A DNA stretch of 64,000 bases from a virus. Taxonomy: Duplodnaviria > Caudoviricetes. A program made the position numbers and the translations under genes. The notes below the pieces were generated by a model, which saw nothing but the letters and a program-made list of their open reading frames with translations, had not been told where the DNA came from and searched no databases. Positions 9,102 through 19,511 of this stretch are shown piece by piece. Each line of letters starts with the position of its first letter. The stretch's first letter is position 1. The stretch lies in IMG/VR virus record IMGVR_UViG_3300029305_003259, positions 32,001 to 96,000 of that record; one strand, written 5' to 3'.

Positions 9102-11234
9102 ATGGCTGATATGATTAAGTTTTATAAAGGTCTAGTAGGATCCCTACCCGCAACTGGCACTAATGGTGCTCTATACATTACTACTGACGAGGGTGGCATT
9201 TATCTAGGCACCGGCACCGGCATGAAGCGCCTAGGCGACTTTGTACAGGTCGACAACGTTGCCTCTCTACCTGAAAAGGCTCATGAGAACTGCCTATATT
9301 ACTGCGTTGCTGAGAACATTCTCGCTAAGTGGAACGGCACTGAGTGGAAGCAGGTAAATAAGCAGCCCACTACTGAGGAGCTAAAGACTCTACTAGGTCT
9401 AGGCACTCTAGCTTATAAGTCTGAGGTTGCCGAGGGTGACCTAAATGCCGATCTAAAGGCTAAGGTTAATGCCGCTGCCGAGGGCAACCATAGCCACGAT
9501 AACAAGGCCCTACTAGACACTTACACTCAGACTGAGGCCAATCTTGCTGACGCTGTTGCTAAGAAGCATGCTCACGCCAATGCTGATGAACTAGCTAAGA
9601 TCGCTGATGGTGACAAGGCTAAGTGGGATGCCGTTGCTGCTGACCATCTAACTTCTGCCGATAAGACCACTCTTGAGAATTCCATTAAGGAAGCCAAGAA
9701 GGCTGGCACTGATGCCAACACCGCTCTTGAGACTTACAAGGTAAGTAATGATGCTCGTGTCCTAGCCGTTGAGGAAGATATCGCTGAAATCACCAATGCT
9801 GATAATGGCATTCTAGCTCAGGCTAAGACCTATGCCGATGGCAAGGATACTGCTATTGCCGAGGCTAAGGCTGCTGGTACTACTGCTCAGTCTAATCTTG
9901 AGGCTTATCAGACTTCCAACAACGAGGCTCTTGCTGGCGTAAAGGCTACTGCCGATGCCGCTGCTGTCAAGACTGAGGTTGAGACTGCTCTAGCTGGCAA
10001 GGTTGATAAGGTCGAGGGCAAGTCCCTAGTATCTGATACTGAAATTGCTAGACTTGGTGCTATGTCTGATGGCGCTAATAAGGTAGAGGCTTCTACTGTT
10101 AACGGCAAGATCAAGATTGATGGTGTTGAGACTACTGTTTATACACATCCTGCTGAGCATGCTATCTCTGAAATCACTGGTCTACAGGATGCCCTAGACG
10201 GCAAGCAGGCTGCTGGCGACTATGCTACTAAGGCCGAGGCCCAGGGTTATGCCAATGCTAAGGATGAAGCTATTGCCGCTGCTAAGAAGGCTGGCGAAGA
10301 TGCTCAGGCTGATGTAGACAATCTTGAGGCTTATGTTGGCACCTTCACTGCTTCTGAAGGCGTAGACACCGTTGTTAAGTACATCGATGCTAAGACTGCC
10401 AACATCGCTTCTGATGAAACTGTTGGCGCCCTAGCTGATCGTGTTGAGCAGGCCGAGAAGGATATTGATGCCATTGAGGCTGATTATCTAAAGGCCGCTG
10501 ACAAGACCGAGCTATCTGATGCTATTTCTGCCGAGAAGACTCGTGCTGAAGGTATTGAGGGTGGTCTACGTACCGATGTCGATGCTATTAAGGCCGACTA
10601 TCTAAAGGCTGCTGACAAGACTGCCCTACAGGAGCAGATCACCACTAATGCGAATGCTATCGAGAGACTAACCAATGGTGTTAGCGCTGATGAAATCGAT
10701 GGTGTTAATGATCTAATTGAATATGTAAACGAGCATGGTACCGAAGTTACCGGCATGAAGGAAGACATCAAGGAAAACGCTGATGCTATTGCCGCCATCA
10801 ATAACGAGACTACCGGTATTCTTGCTAAGGCTAAGGAGCATGCTGATGGTCTAAATACTGCTATGGATGCTCGTGTTGCCGAACTAGAGGCCATTGACCA
10901 TGATGCTTATGTTGCCGCCGATACTGCTCTAAAGGGTGAGATCGTTGGCACTGCTGACGATGCTTCTTCTGCCAACACCATCAATGGTGCTAAGAAGTAC
11001 GCTGAAGAGAAGGCTGCCGCTGCTCAGTCTGCTGCTGAGTCTACTGCTTCTGGTGCTCTTGCTTCTGCTAAGACCGAACTAGAAGGTAAGATTACTGATG
11101 GCGACGCTGCTACCCTAGCTTCCGCTAAGGAAGATGCCGCTGCCAAGGTTAAGGAGCTAGCAGATGGTGCTGTTGCTGACAATGCTGCTGCTATTGAAGA
11201 TATTAACTCTCAGCTCGAGTGGGGCACTTTTTAA
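9102..11234 (+). CDS. Long alpha-helical tail fibre-like protein
   Basis: 710 aa, Ala/Asp/Glu/Lys-rich; AK.YADG repeats; HxH motifs; I.ADYLKAADKT duplicated; strong codon bias. Confidence 0.7.
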   Translation: MADMIKFYKGLVGSLPATGTNGALYITTDEGGIYLGTGTGMKRLGDFVQVDNVASLPEKAHENCLYYCVAENILAKWNGTEWKQVNKQPTTEELKTLLGLGTLAYKSEVAEGDLNADLKAKVNAAAEGNHSHDNKALLDTYTQTEANLADAVAKKHAHANADELAKIADGDKAKWDAVAADHLTSADKTTLENSIKEAKKAGTDANTALETYKVSNDARVLAVEEDIAEITNADNGILAQAKTYADGKDTAIAEAKAAGTTAQSNLEAYQTSNNEALAGVKATADAAAVKTEVETALAGKVDKVEGKSLVSDTEIARLGAMSDGANKVEASTVNGKIKIDGVETTVYTHPAEHAISEITGLQDALDGKQAAGDYATKAEAQGYANAKDEAIAAAKKAGEDAQADVDNLEAYVGTFTASEGVDTVVKYIDAKTANIASDETVGALADRVEQAEKDIDAIEADYLKAADKTELSDAISAEKTRAEGIEGGLRTDVDAIKADYLKAADKTALQEQITTNANAIERLTNGVSADEIDGVNDLIEYVNEHGTEVTGMKEDIKENADAIAAINNETTGILAKAKEHADGLNTAMDARVAELEAIDHDAYVAADTALKGEIVGTADDASSANTINGAKKYAEEKAAAAQSAAESTASGALASAKTELEGKITDGDAATLASAKEDAAAKVKELADGAVADNAAAIEDINSQLEWGTF

Positions 11235-11251
11235 TTGATTAACTAAATTAT

Positions 11252-11284
11252 GGGCTAGTGGGGAAACTCACTAGCCCTCTTTTA
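11252..11284 (+). terminator. Intrinsic terminator
   Basis: GGGCTAGTG...CACTAGCCC followed by TCTTTT. Confidence 0.75.
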
Positions 11285-11402
11285 AAATTTGATACCTAGC
11301 ACTTTAACTTCGAAAATAATAGTTGGCTTTGGACGGTAAGATACGCAAAGCTGCTTTAACATAAAGCCAACTAAACATATTCTTTAGAAAGGAAATGATT
11401 TA

Positions 11403-12278
11403 ATGGCACTTTTTAAAGTAAATCGTGGAAATAGCTCAAACCTACCTGCTACTATGACAGACGGCTGGGCATATTTTTGCACTGATACCGCAGAGTTTTT
11501 TATTGACTATGCTGATGAAAATGGCGATTTGCATCGTAAGAAAATTAATGCTAAAGATGCCGAAACCATTGGCGGAGTAAGTCTTGATGAGGCTATGGAG
11601 CCTTTAGATCCATATCTGGAATATTGGTGGATAGTCCCAGAAGGATATCAGGTGTATGCTCAACAAGTAGAAGAGAATTATAGTTACACCTACGGTTCTT
11701 CGTCCGCGTGGTTCTCAGATAGTTTCAATCCATCTACTGGTGATTATAATGTTACCGTTTATTATGGCGATTCGTTCACATTTAATCCGGTGACAGGTAA
11801 GTATACCATTGAAAACCCTGTGGAATATACAGATAAGTATACCACTTTTGTTAGCGAAGCACCATCTTTGATGCTTAACAAATTTGTGGCGGCGAACAGT
11901 CCAGAGGCGAATATTATTATGTACTTCGTTTCTGGTACTACTATCGAGGATTATGTATATCAAAATATGTATAATGATATGAGGGTTCGATTCCAACCAC
12001 AGAATGTTACACGCTATTATCGTACACAAGTTGATACTAATTTCGTATCCGCTGAGACACAAAATGCTTATTCTGAAGATGATGGCTTCATCGCTCTAGG
12101 CACCATTAAGGACAAAGTTCTAGACCTAGCGCTAGAAGCAGAATCAACACCAAAATATGATGTGGTAACAGCCTTAAATAATAGCGAAACTGAAATTCCA
12201 ACTTCAAGCGCTGTATATAAGGCGATAGAAACTCAGACAGGTATGGCAAACGTATTTGCCACAGCGACAATTTTATAA
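11403..12278 (+). CDS. Tail fibre-associated protein
   Basis: N-terminus (RG..SNLPAT..DG.AYFCTD) resembles the N-terminus of ORF 9102; IPTSSAVY.AI motif near the C-terminus. Confidence 0.6.
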   Translation: MALFKVNRGNSSNLPATMTDGWAYFCTDTAEFFIDYADENGDLHRKKINAKDAETIGGVSLDEAMEPLDPYLEYWWIVPEGYQVYAQQVEENYSYTYGSSSAWFSDSFNPSTGDYNVTVYYGDSFTFNPVTGKYTIENPVEYTDKYTTFVSEAPSLMLNKFVAANSPEANIIMYFVSGTTIEDYVYQNMYNDMRVRFQPQNVTRYYRTQVDTNFVSAETQNAYSEDDGFIALGTIKDKVLDLALEAESTPKYDVVTALNNSETEIPTSSAVYKAIETQTGMANVFATATIL

Positions 12279-12290
12279 AGGAGTGATAAT

Positions 12291-13532
12291 ATGGCAATTT
12301 TAAATATAACCTTACCGGAAGGCGCAGTTGTATGTAATGGTAAACAAGTAACATTCCGTGCCCCATGTGATTGCGTCGGAGTAACCGGTATTGCCATTGA
12401 AGGCGTAACATATGCCCTTTTGGATACAACTGATGCACCAGTTAATTCTATTAGTGCATTCGTAACAGGCGCATTGGTTACCGTAGTTTTGGATACTGAA
12501 AACAATAAAGCTTACATTCAGAATGGTAGCGCCGCAGCTGCTGGTGTTCCTAGAAGAGTTGCCGTAAAGCTACTTGCTTCTGGATGGGATTCCGAAAATT
12601 CTCAGATTGTTGATGTTTTAGGTTTGTCCATTGATGAAACCGAGCAACTTGTTCATATATTCCCAGCGAATAATGTTGTATATGCCGAGTCTGGCATTGT
12701 TGCAGAAACTTATGAGGCTGGTAAGCTAAAATTCACAGCGGAAACAATTCCAACAGTCGATCTTGATATCTCCATTATTATTGAAGAATTAGGCACTCAA
12801 AATCCTGATGCTCCTAGTAATGTAGAATTCGTAGCAGTTGATCTGCCCATTTCTTCTACTGTTCCTACTAGCCATGATGTTTGGGTAGATCCAGAAGATG
12901 ATGGAACCGTAGAGGTTGCATCTAATGCTGTAATAAAGTATAAGGATCCTGTTACTGGAGATATTAAAAAAATTGGCGGCGGTGGATCAGGTATTCTTAT
13001 CAGCGAAGAAATCCCTGATAACGTTGAAGTCTGGATCGATCCTGATGAAGAGGATCAGACCGATAATTTCTACACCATGGCACAGAGTGATGCGAGATTT
13101 GCAGGCATTGATTTGTCCAACGTGTCCAATGAAGACATGTTGGCGAAGATGCAGGCATCCGGGTATAGTCTGCCTGGAAACATTGGTGAGTATTACTCCG
13201 CAACTGGAACAGTTGCTTCTGTTTACAAAGAATACACTGAGATTGCTTCTTTGACAGTGCCAGCTGGTACTTATTTGTTTATAGCTTACACAGAAATAAG
13301 CATTGATGCTGCGGATACTGTTATCAATGCGTCATTTAATTTTGGCAACACCTCGCCCAGCGGTTGGACTTGCGGCGCTGTTAGAACCACTGGTGCTGGA
13401 GGTGGCGGTGCTGTTAGTGTGGGTCTTGGAGTGAATGAAATCGACAATATAACCGCCACGCTCACAGGTTATGGAGGCAAAAATGCAACCTATAATTATA
13501 TTGGCAAAATTTTGGCTGTGCGTTTGGCATAA
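12291..13532 (+). CDS. Modular tail fibre/receptor-binding protein
   Basis: Several beta modules, W(V/I)DP linkers, C-terminal 'LTVPAGTYL...AVRLA' fibre-tip-like domain. Confidence 0.6.
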   Translation: MAILNITLPEGAVVCNGKQVTFRAPCDCVGVTGIAIEGVTYALLDTTDAPVNSISAFVTGALVTVVLDTENNKAYIQNGSAAAAGVPRRVAVKLLASGWDSENSQIVDVLGLSIDETEQLVHIFPANNVVYAESGIVAETYEAGKLKFTAETIPTVDLDISIIIEELGTQNPDAPSNVEFVAVDLPISSTVPTSHDVWVDPEDDGTVEVASNAVIKYKDPVTGDIKKIGGGGSGILISEEIPDNVEVWIDPDEEDQTDNFYTMAQSDARFAGIDLSNVSNEDMLAKMQASGYSLPGNIGEYYSATGTVASVYKEYTEIASLTVPAGTYLFIAYTEISIDAADTVINASFNFGNTSPSGWTCGAVRTTGAGGGGAVSVGLGVNEIDNITATLTGYGGKNATYNYIGKILAVRLA

Positions 13533-13538
13533 GAAGGG

Positions 13539-13931
13539 GTGAAAGAATTGTTTATTATTGAGATTACGTCTAATGAAAACGGTTTTCACCGGATGGAAAG
13601 CCAGAGTCATAAAACAGAGAATTGGAAGGACGGTTATGCCGTAGTTCCCGAAGAAATGGTTCCCGCCATTGATGCCACTTTTGGTTTCTGTGATATTGAA
13701 GTGGTGGACGGTGTTGTGGTTTCTTTTACCGCAATGGAACATCCTGCGCCCCCTCTTTCTATTGAAGGCCAGATCGCGGAATTGAAGGCACAGTTGGCGG
13801 CAACAGATTACATGGTTATCAAGTGTTCTGAGGCTCAGCTAGTAGGTGAAGAATTTCCCTACGACGTTGTTGCTTTGCACGCTGAGAGACAAGAAATAAG
13901 AAATAAAATTAATGCATTGGAGGTACAATAA
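13539..13931 (+). CDS. Tail fibre assembly/chaperone-like protein
   Basis: C-terminal ELKAQLAATDY..IK..E...RQ.IR.KIN.LE motif common downstream of fibre genes. Confidence 0.55.
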   Translation: MKELFIIEITSNENGFHRMESQSHKTENWKDGYAVVPEEMVPAIDATFGFCDIEVVDGVVVSFTAMEHPAPPLSIEGQIAELKAQLAATDYMVIKCSEAQLVGEEFPYDVVALHAERQEIRNKINALEVQ

Positions 13932-14248
13932 TGGCTGTATTAAAATATAAAGACCCAACTACTGGCGAAGTTTGCACAGTAGGAGCACCTAAGATAAAAG
14001 CTCCAACTTATGTATCTTCAACTATGTTAGCCACCTCTTGGGTAGACAACACTTATAGCTTCGAAGCTGACTACCCACATGTAGATTTTGATATTTCAAT
14101 TGAGGTAGCTCCTACTGCTACCGTAGAACAATTCGAGGCATTTGGAGAAGCAATGATTTGTGGCTCAGCCGATACTAATATTGCCACTGCGATTAATGGA
14201 GCACCTTCTATTGACATTCCAATTGTCATAAAGGTGGTGGGTAAATGA
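13931..14248 (+). CDS. Small tail-fibre adaptor-like protein
   Basis: LKYKDP.TG motif shared with ORF 12291; W...P.IDI.I beta module. Confidence 0.55.
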   Translation: MAVLKYKDPTTGEVCTVGAPKIKAPTYVSSTMLATSWVDNTYSFEADYPHVDFDISIEVAPTATVEQFEAFGEAMICGSADTNIATAINGAPSIDIPIVIKVVGK

Positions 14249-17200
14249 GCTTACAAGTATTAACTCAAGGTGGTGCTGGCGGAGCTTCTGCTAGTATCCA
14301 AGTTAATGGTCTAAGTGAAACTGATAGTGTTAAAGCTGTTCAGAAGATTAAGAATGTTATTGAGAATCCTGATTATAAGGAATATAGAGTATTAAAAGGT
14401 CAATTGGCTCTTGGAGATGTAGCAGTTGGCGAGACTGTCAGACTGAATGTCAGTGGAGTAGCAACGGAATTCATAGTAGTTAATCAAGGTAAACCTTCTG
14501 ATCTATATGATGATAGTTGTGATGGTACATGGTTGTTGATGAAGGGTATTGAACAAGGTAGTACCTGGAACAACTCTAACTATAGTGGCAATAGCTATGG
14601 TTCATCTGCAGTCCACAGATACCTTAATAGCACCTTTTTAGGTACGTTGGATGCTGGCATACAGTCTGTTGTCATCCAAGCAAAGATTCCATACGTCAAT
14701 GGGACAGGTTCTGGTGGCTCTGTAGCATCTGGTTCTAATGGTTTGTCTGCAAAAGTTTTCTTACTTTCTGGTTACGAGGTGGGTTTCACTACAAGTGATG
14801 ACTCTCGTTTTCCAATTGATGGTTCAAAGTTGAGTTACTTCTTGTCAGGCTCAGGCACTTCCGCTAATAATAAGCGTATAGCTTATCTGAACGGAAATGA
14901 CGATTATAGTTGGTGGTTACGTTCTCCATATACCGCAGGAACAGAAATGGTTTTCTTGGTAAACGATCAAGGTATGAAAGGTCAATCACTACCAAGTCCA
15001 AAAAGAAATCGTCCAGCAATGATTCTCCCGACCAATCTTTCCGTCAAAGACGGATTCATTGACGGTACTGAGGTACAACAAGGAAAATTACTTAGCTCTG
15101 CATCCGTTGGAGACATTGTTAAGATGAATGTTGGCGGTACTCCTACGGAATTTATTGTGGTGCAACAAGGTAACCCTGATTCGTCTTTGTATGATGAAAG
15201 CTGCGATGGAGCTTGGCTGTTGATGAAAGATATTCACAATACTGCTATGTACACCACAATTGGTAACGCATCTTATAATTTTGCAATGATACAAAATTCG
15301 TTGAGTATATTCTTAGGAAAATTAGATGAGAATGTATTGAATGCAGTAAAGACAGTAAAAATACCATATTTAGAGATAGAGGGAGCCAAGAATGATATTA
15401 AGAGAACCCTATTCTCTGGAACGGAAGGTCTATCAACTAAAGCGTTCCTATTATCTGTCTATGAGGTAGATCCTAGTAGGACAGGTTCTCCTAAAGATGG
15501 TACATGCTTAGACTATTTTAAGTCTGCTAGCACGAGTGATCGTATCGCTTCTTTCGAAGGTACAACGACTGCCTGGTGGACTCGTACAGGATGGGGGACT
15601 TACGCTGATACTCAATCATATCTAGTTGGCGATAATGGCAGCACATCGACAACAAGCGTTAAGACATATTGCGGTGTTCGTCCCGCTATAATTCTTCCTG
15701 GTGATACAATAATAACCGACGATTTCATTGGTGGTTCAATATCAGAGCCTAGCAGTGTAGAAACTTATACTCCTCTAGAGTATATCGAGAGTACCGGTAC
15801 ACAGTATATTGATACAGGATATCTCCCTCAGCAGCATGACGAAGTCTCAGCAAAATTCGAAATGACCGAGATATTAGAATATAACAGATTAATTGGAGCT
15901 GCTACTGGTAGTAGCGGTGCAGCCTACTACGGATGCAATCCAATTACTCAATTAAATGGGTACTTCGATATAGGTTATTATAACTGGTATAGACCTAACT
16001 CCATTCCATGTGAAAAAGATACTATTTACGATTATTACGCATCTCTTAGCGATGGAAGTCAGGAATATACTATCAATGATGCAAATATGAGTGGAGACTT
16101 GACTGGGTTCGTAGAGATACCTTGTTCTTACTTTGTGTTCTCGGTGAACCATGATGGTAGTCCTGAATGGGGTAGCTCTGAATCTAGTTGTTGTCCTGCA
16201 AAATTGTATGGTTTGTCAATCAGCAATAATTCGGTATTGATTCGAAACTTTGTCCCAGCTAAGCGTAATTCAGATGGAGTTCTAGGCCTATTTGATACTG
16301 TAAATTCTGTCTTTTATACCAACGCAGGTACTGGTGACTTTGTTGCTGGCCCCGAGGTTTCTCAGTATATTGAGGCGGTTGTCGATGGTAGAACTGTGAA
16401 TGGTAGATGGGTCGATATGATTAATCCTGAGTATGTTGAGCTACCTGTTACTGAGAATGAGGCAATTGATGGATATACCAGACTTGAGTACATCGAAAGC
16501 AGTGGCACGCAGTACATTGATACCGGGTTCACCCCTTCCAGCGCAAGAAGTTTTAAGTTCTCTTTTGATGCGGCGTTCTTGAGTGAGACTAATGCTATTT
16601 ACGGAACGGGTCGCTCTTATGCGGGATTCTATAGTAGCCCCTCAATAGCACAATTTGCTCTATATCAGACTATAGTACAAATATCATCCGTATCATATGA
16701 TACTAATAAACATCACTTTGTTCTCGATGGTGTAAATTTAACTGCTACAATTGATGATAATTCTGCGTCTATACCTTATTCGTCTGGTTCACCTTCAGAT
16801 TATACATGGGTACTTTTTGGATACTCTCACGCAAGTTTTAATGCAAGTAGGCTGTGGGGCGCACAGATTGAAGAAAACGGAGTGCTGGTACGCAACTTTA
16901 TCCCCGCAAGGCGGGATTCCGATTCCGTGGTTGGCCTGTATGACCTTGTGAACGGCGTGTTCTACACCAATGCCGGAAGCGGCGAATTTGTAGCAGGAGA
17001 AGAATTGTCTCAATTTACTAAGGAATATATTCAGTTAGAGTACATTGAGAGTACTGGCACACAGTATATTGATACTGGTTATAAGCCCAACACAAATACA
17101 AAGCTTGAAATTGGAGCATCTACTACCGATACTACAAACGATAAGCCTCTATTTGGTGTACGTAAATCAAATGGCGTAGATGGATTCTTGTGTTGGTTTA

Positions 17201-18357
17201 ACCCACAGGTTGCAGAACAACCCGGTTTTGCAGTAGGTTCTATGTCTAATACTTATACTAGTTATGGTATAGCTACTGGAGTTCGTTATGATGTAACGCT
17301 ATCCAATTCATTATTTACAATGAATGAATTGTCTTATCCTTTTGATGCACAGACTTTCACTTCTAGTTATAATCTTTATCTACTTGCACTTAATAAAGCA
17401 GATGTTCTAGATAATAGATTGTTCTATGGTAGATTGTATTATACTCGTATTTATGAATCTGATGTTTTAGTTCGTGATTATGTTCCAGTTAAGAGGGTAT
17501 CTGATGGCGCAATTGGTCTATACGATAAAGTCAATCAAACATTCTACTCTAACGCAGGCACCGGGAACTTCACAGCTGGTGCAGAGGTTCCTGAATCATT
17601 TAGTTATTTCTTGATTTCCCCAATTAAAGCTTATGGTACTTGGGAAGTAGGGACTACCAGCAGTGTAAGTATTAACAATCAGAATGTTGATATCGATGAG
17701 GCTACCATCTTTAATCTAGACTTTGTAAAACTAGTTAGATTCACTACTGACTTTACAGCAAAAGGTGATGATTGGATTGAGGAGGGTGGCACATTCACTT
17801 TCAATCCGGCAACCGCAGCCTATCCCGGATTGTATCAAGCGGAAGGCAGTACACAATTCGGCACACTTACAACCTATGATAGTACGGAATGGAAAGCAAA
17901 ACGGTTAATAATTCCGTTAGGCGGTTCTCTTGAAACTTTCCACGCAGAAACGGAATGTTTCTGGGTATCATCCGATGCAAACAGAATGGGTCGCTTGATG
18001 CTATGTTTCCAAGACGAGGATGGAAACTTTTTGTTCCACATCATTATTAATGATGGTTGGGGTCGTTCCAATAGCATAAGCATCGCCTATTTCAACGCAT
18101 TGAACTCTAATCTGTTGAAATTCGTAGATGCCGTATCTGTCAGCCCGTATAACAATGTTCCGTTGCGCTTTACGCTGGATTATGACGGCAACAAGATGAA
18201 CATTGGATTTTCTTATAACGGCGGGGGATTTTCCTATAAATCGGAAACCTATGCTTTCCCTGCGATTGCAAATGCGGTGGTATATTTCGCCTACTATCCG
18301 ACATCTAACCCGACCCCGCTGATGAATATTCGTTCACTAACAGTAGAACAAGCATAA
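14245..18357 (+). CDS. Large multidomain receptor-binding/adhesin protein (two DUF6273-like domains, three LEYIESTGTQYIDTG lectin-like repeats, C-terminal beta-sandwich)
   Basis: Two VG..V..NV.G..TEFIVV.QG.P...YD.SCDG.WLLMK...FLLS..E...WW.R...RPA.IL units; three LEYIES.GTQYIDTG...LVR.(F/Y).P..R.SD...GL.D.VN..FY.NAG.G.F units. Confidence 0.75.
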   Translation: MSLQVLTQGGAGGASASIQVNGLSETDSVKAVQKIKNVIENPDYKEYRVLKGQLALGDVAVGETVRLNVSGVATEFIVVNQGKPSDLYDDSCDGTWLLMKGIEQGSTWNNSNYSGNSYGSSAVHRYLNSTFLGTLDAGIQSVVIQAKIPYVNGTGSGGSVASGSNGLSAKVFLLSGYEVGFTTSDDSRFPIDGSKLSYFLSGSGTSANNKRIAYLNGNDDYSWWLRSPYTAGTEMVFLVNDQGMKGQSLPSPKRNRPAMILPTNLSVKDGFIDGTEVQQGKLLSSASVGDIVKMNVGGTPTEFIVVQQGNPDSSLYDESCDGAWLLMKDIHNTAMYTTIGNASYNFAMIQNSLSIFLGKLDENVLNAVKTVKIPYLEIEGAKNDIKRTLFSGTEGLSTKAFLLSVYEVDPSRTGSPKDGTCLDYFKSASTSDRIASFEGTTTAWWTRTGWGTYADTQSYLVGDNGSTSTTSVKTYCGVRPAIILPGDTIITDDFIGGSISEPSSVETYTPLEYIESTGTQYIDTGYLPQQHDEVSAKFEMTEILEYNRLIGAATGSSGAAYYGCNPITQLNGYFDIGYYNWYRPNSIPCEKDTIYDYYASLSDGSQEYTINDANMSGDLTGFVEIPCSYFVFSVNHDGSPEWGSSESSCCPAKLYGLSISNNSVLIRNFVPAKRNSDGVLGLFDTVNSVFYTNAGTGDFVAGPEVSQYIEAVVDGRTVNGRWVDMINPEYVELPVTENEAIDGYTRLEYIESSGTQYIDTGFTPSSARSFKFSFDAAFLSETNAIYGTGRSYAGFYSSPSIAQFALYQTIVQISSVSYDTNKHHFVLDGVNLTATIDDNSASIPYSSGSPSDYTWVLFGYSHASFNASRLWGAQIEENGVLVRNFIPARRDSDSVVGLYDLVNGVFYTNAGSGEFVAGEELSQFTKEYIQLEYIESTGTQYIDTGYKPNTNTKLEIGASTTDTTNDKPLFGVRKSNGVDGFLCWFNPQVAEQPGFAVGSMSNTYTSYGIATGVRYDVTLSNSLFTMNELSYPFDAQTFTSSYNLYLLALNKADVLDNRLFYGRLYYTRIYESDVLVRDYVPVKRVSDGAIGLYDKVNQTFYSNAGTGNFTAGAEVPESFSYFLISPIKAYGTWEVGTTSSVSINNQNVDIDEATIFNLDFVKLVRFTTDFTAKGDDWIEEGGTFTFNPATAAYPGLYQAEGSTQFGTLTTYDSTEWKAKRLIIPLGGSLETFHAETECFWVSSDANRMGRLMLCFQDEDGNFLFHIIINDGWGRSNSISIAYFNALNSNLLKFVDAVSVSPYNNVPLRFTLDYDGNKMNIGFSYNGGGFSYKSETYAFPAIANAVVYFAYYPTSNPTPLMNIRSLTVEQA

Positions 18358-18370
18358 AGGAGGTCATCAA

Positions 18371-19354
18371 ATGTCTATTTCAATTTTAAACAGAGGCGCA
18401 TCTGGTGGCCTTAAACCAGAATTAATTATTACCGCTCCTGCAGGAAGCACTATTGACCTCCTGCAGGGTGGCATTATTATTGACACTTATACGTTAGGAT
18501 TAAGCGAGACTACTCATGTGTTTGTGGTAAAAATGGGTAGTTATACAGTAACTGGTACCCTTGGTGCGAATGTAGTAGATTATGATATTATTGTCGATTC
18601 TGTAAAACAGTATGAAATGGAAGTAGTGCCTTCTGCAAATTATATCATGCTCTATGACCATGGAGATGAATGTACTGATGTAACAGGTGGTTGGGTTGCA
18701 GAGGGTAAAACTTCCGCAGATAACTATAATCAGCAAGCAGGATTCTTAACAGCAAACAGTTTTAATATGGGAGAGTATAGTAGAGTTGGACTATTAGGGC
18801 TATTAAGCGCCTCGAATACTTCATATACAGGATATTTTGGGTTAGCCGAAAGCCAAACTCTTAAGACAGGTGTAACTTCTTTTAGACTTAAATTTGGGAG
18901 TTCTAAGACATTTTGTTCTGCAGCATTAGCTGTCGATGGAGATAAATATGCAACAGTTCATATTGCGTGGTCAAGCGATTCTTCCTTTACTTTCGTTAAT
19001 ACAAAAAATAGTGATCATCTGTATGTAAACAGTTATCGTAGCACGAGCCGTTATAGTCGCGCTTCTTACTATGCCGTTGCGCTTTTTAAGCCAGATGACT
19101 GGCAGACGCTTTGTGCAAAAGCAGGTGTTTCTGCACCGTCTACCTTGGATGAATTGACGGCTGATACAACTGCACTGACAACTATTCTGTCCAATAAATC
19201 TGCGGTTGATTTCATGGCGAAACGATGCACTGGTGACTTCATGTGTGCGGCAGTCAGTACAGAAGCATTTTTGACAGCTCTTGAGGCATCAGTATATAAA
19301 GAATTTGTTTATGCTAATGAACATTGGGCAAAATTCTTGGCTATGGTGGGATAA
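18371..19354 (+). CDS. Tail fibre/receptor-binding-like protein
   Basis: N-terminus similar to that of ORF 14245; LYD.GDECTDVTGGW motif; helical C-terminus. Confidence 0.6.
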   Translation: MSISILNRGASGGLKPELIITAPAGSTIDLLQGGIIIDTYTLGLSETTHVFVVKMGSYTVTGTLGANVVDYDIIVDSVKQYEMEVVPSANYIMLYDHGDECTDVTGGWVAEGKTSADNYNQQAGFLTANSFNMGEYSRVGLLGLLSASNTSYTGYFGLAESQTLKTGVTSFRLKFGSSKTFCSAALAVDGDKYATVHIAWSSDSSFTFVNTKNSDHLYVNSYRSTSRYSRASYYAVALFKPDDWQTLCAKAGVSAPSTLDELTADTTALTTILSNKSAVDFMAKRCTGDFMCAAVSTEAFLTALEASVYKEFVYANEHWAKFLAMVG

Positions 19355-19484
19355 GCTAACATATTAATGCTACATGTAGTGTAGAATTGCCTGTACAAAA
19401 GTATATAACATTAAAGTCAAATTTATTTATTATATAAATAGATTATCTCAAGTAGCTTAACATTAACGCCACTATAACAATCAA

Positions 19485-19511
19485 AGGAGCGGCTTAGTCC
19501 GCTCCTATTTT
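19485..19511 (+). terminator. Probable intrinsic terminator ahead of the radical-SAM cassette
   Basis: AGGAGCGG-CTTAGT-CCGCTCCT followed by ATTTT. Confidence 0.6.

Noticed and set aside
11331-11362. c-di-GMP-I riboswitch (contains ACGCAAAGC)
   Set aside because: The preceding GGCAAA-stem-GNRA hairpin and the downstream receptor stem are not present; only a 9-mer matches
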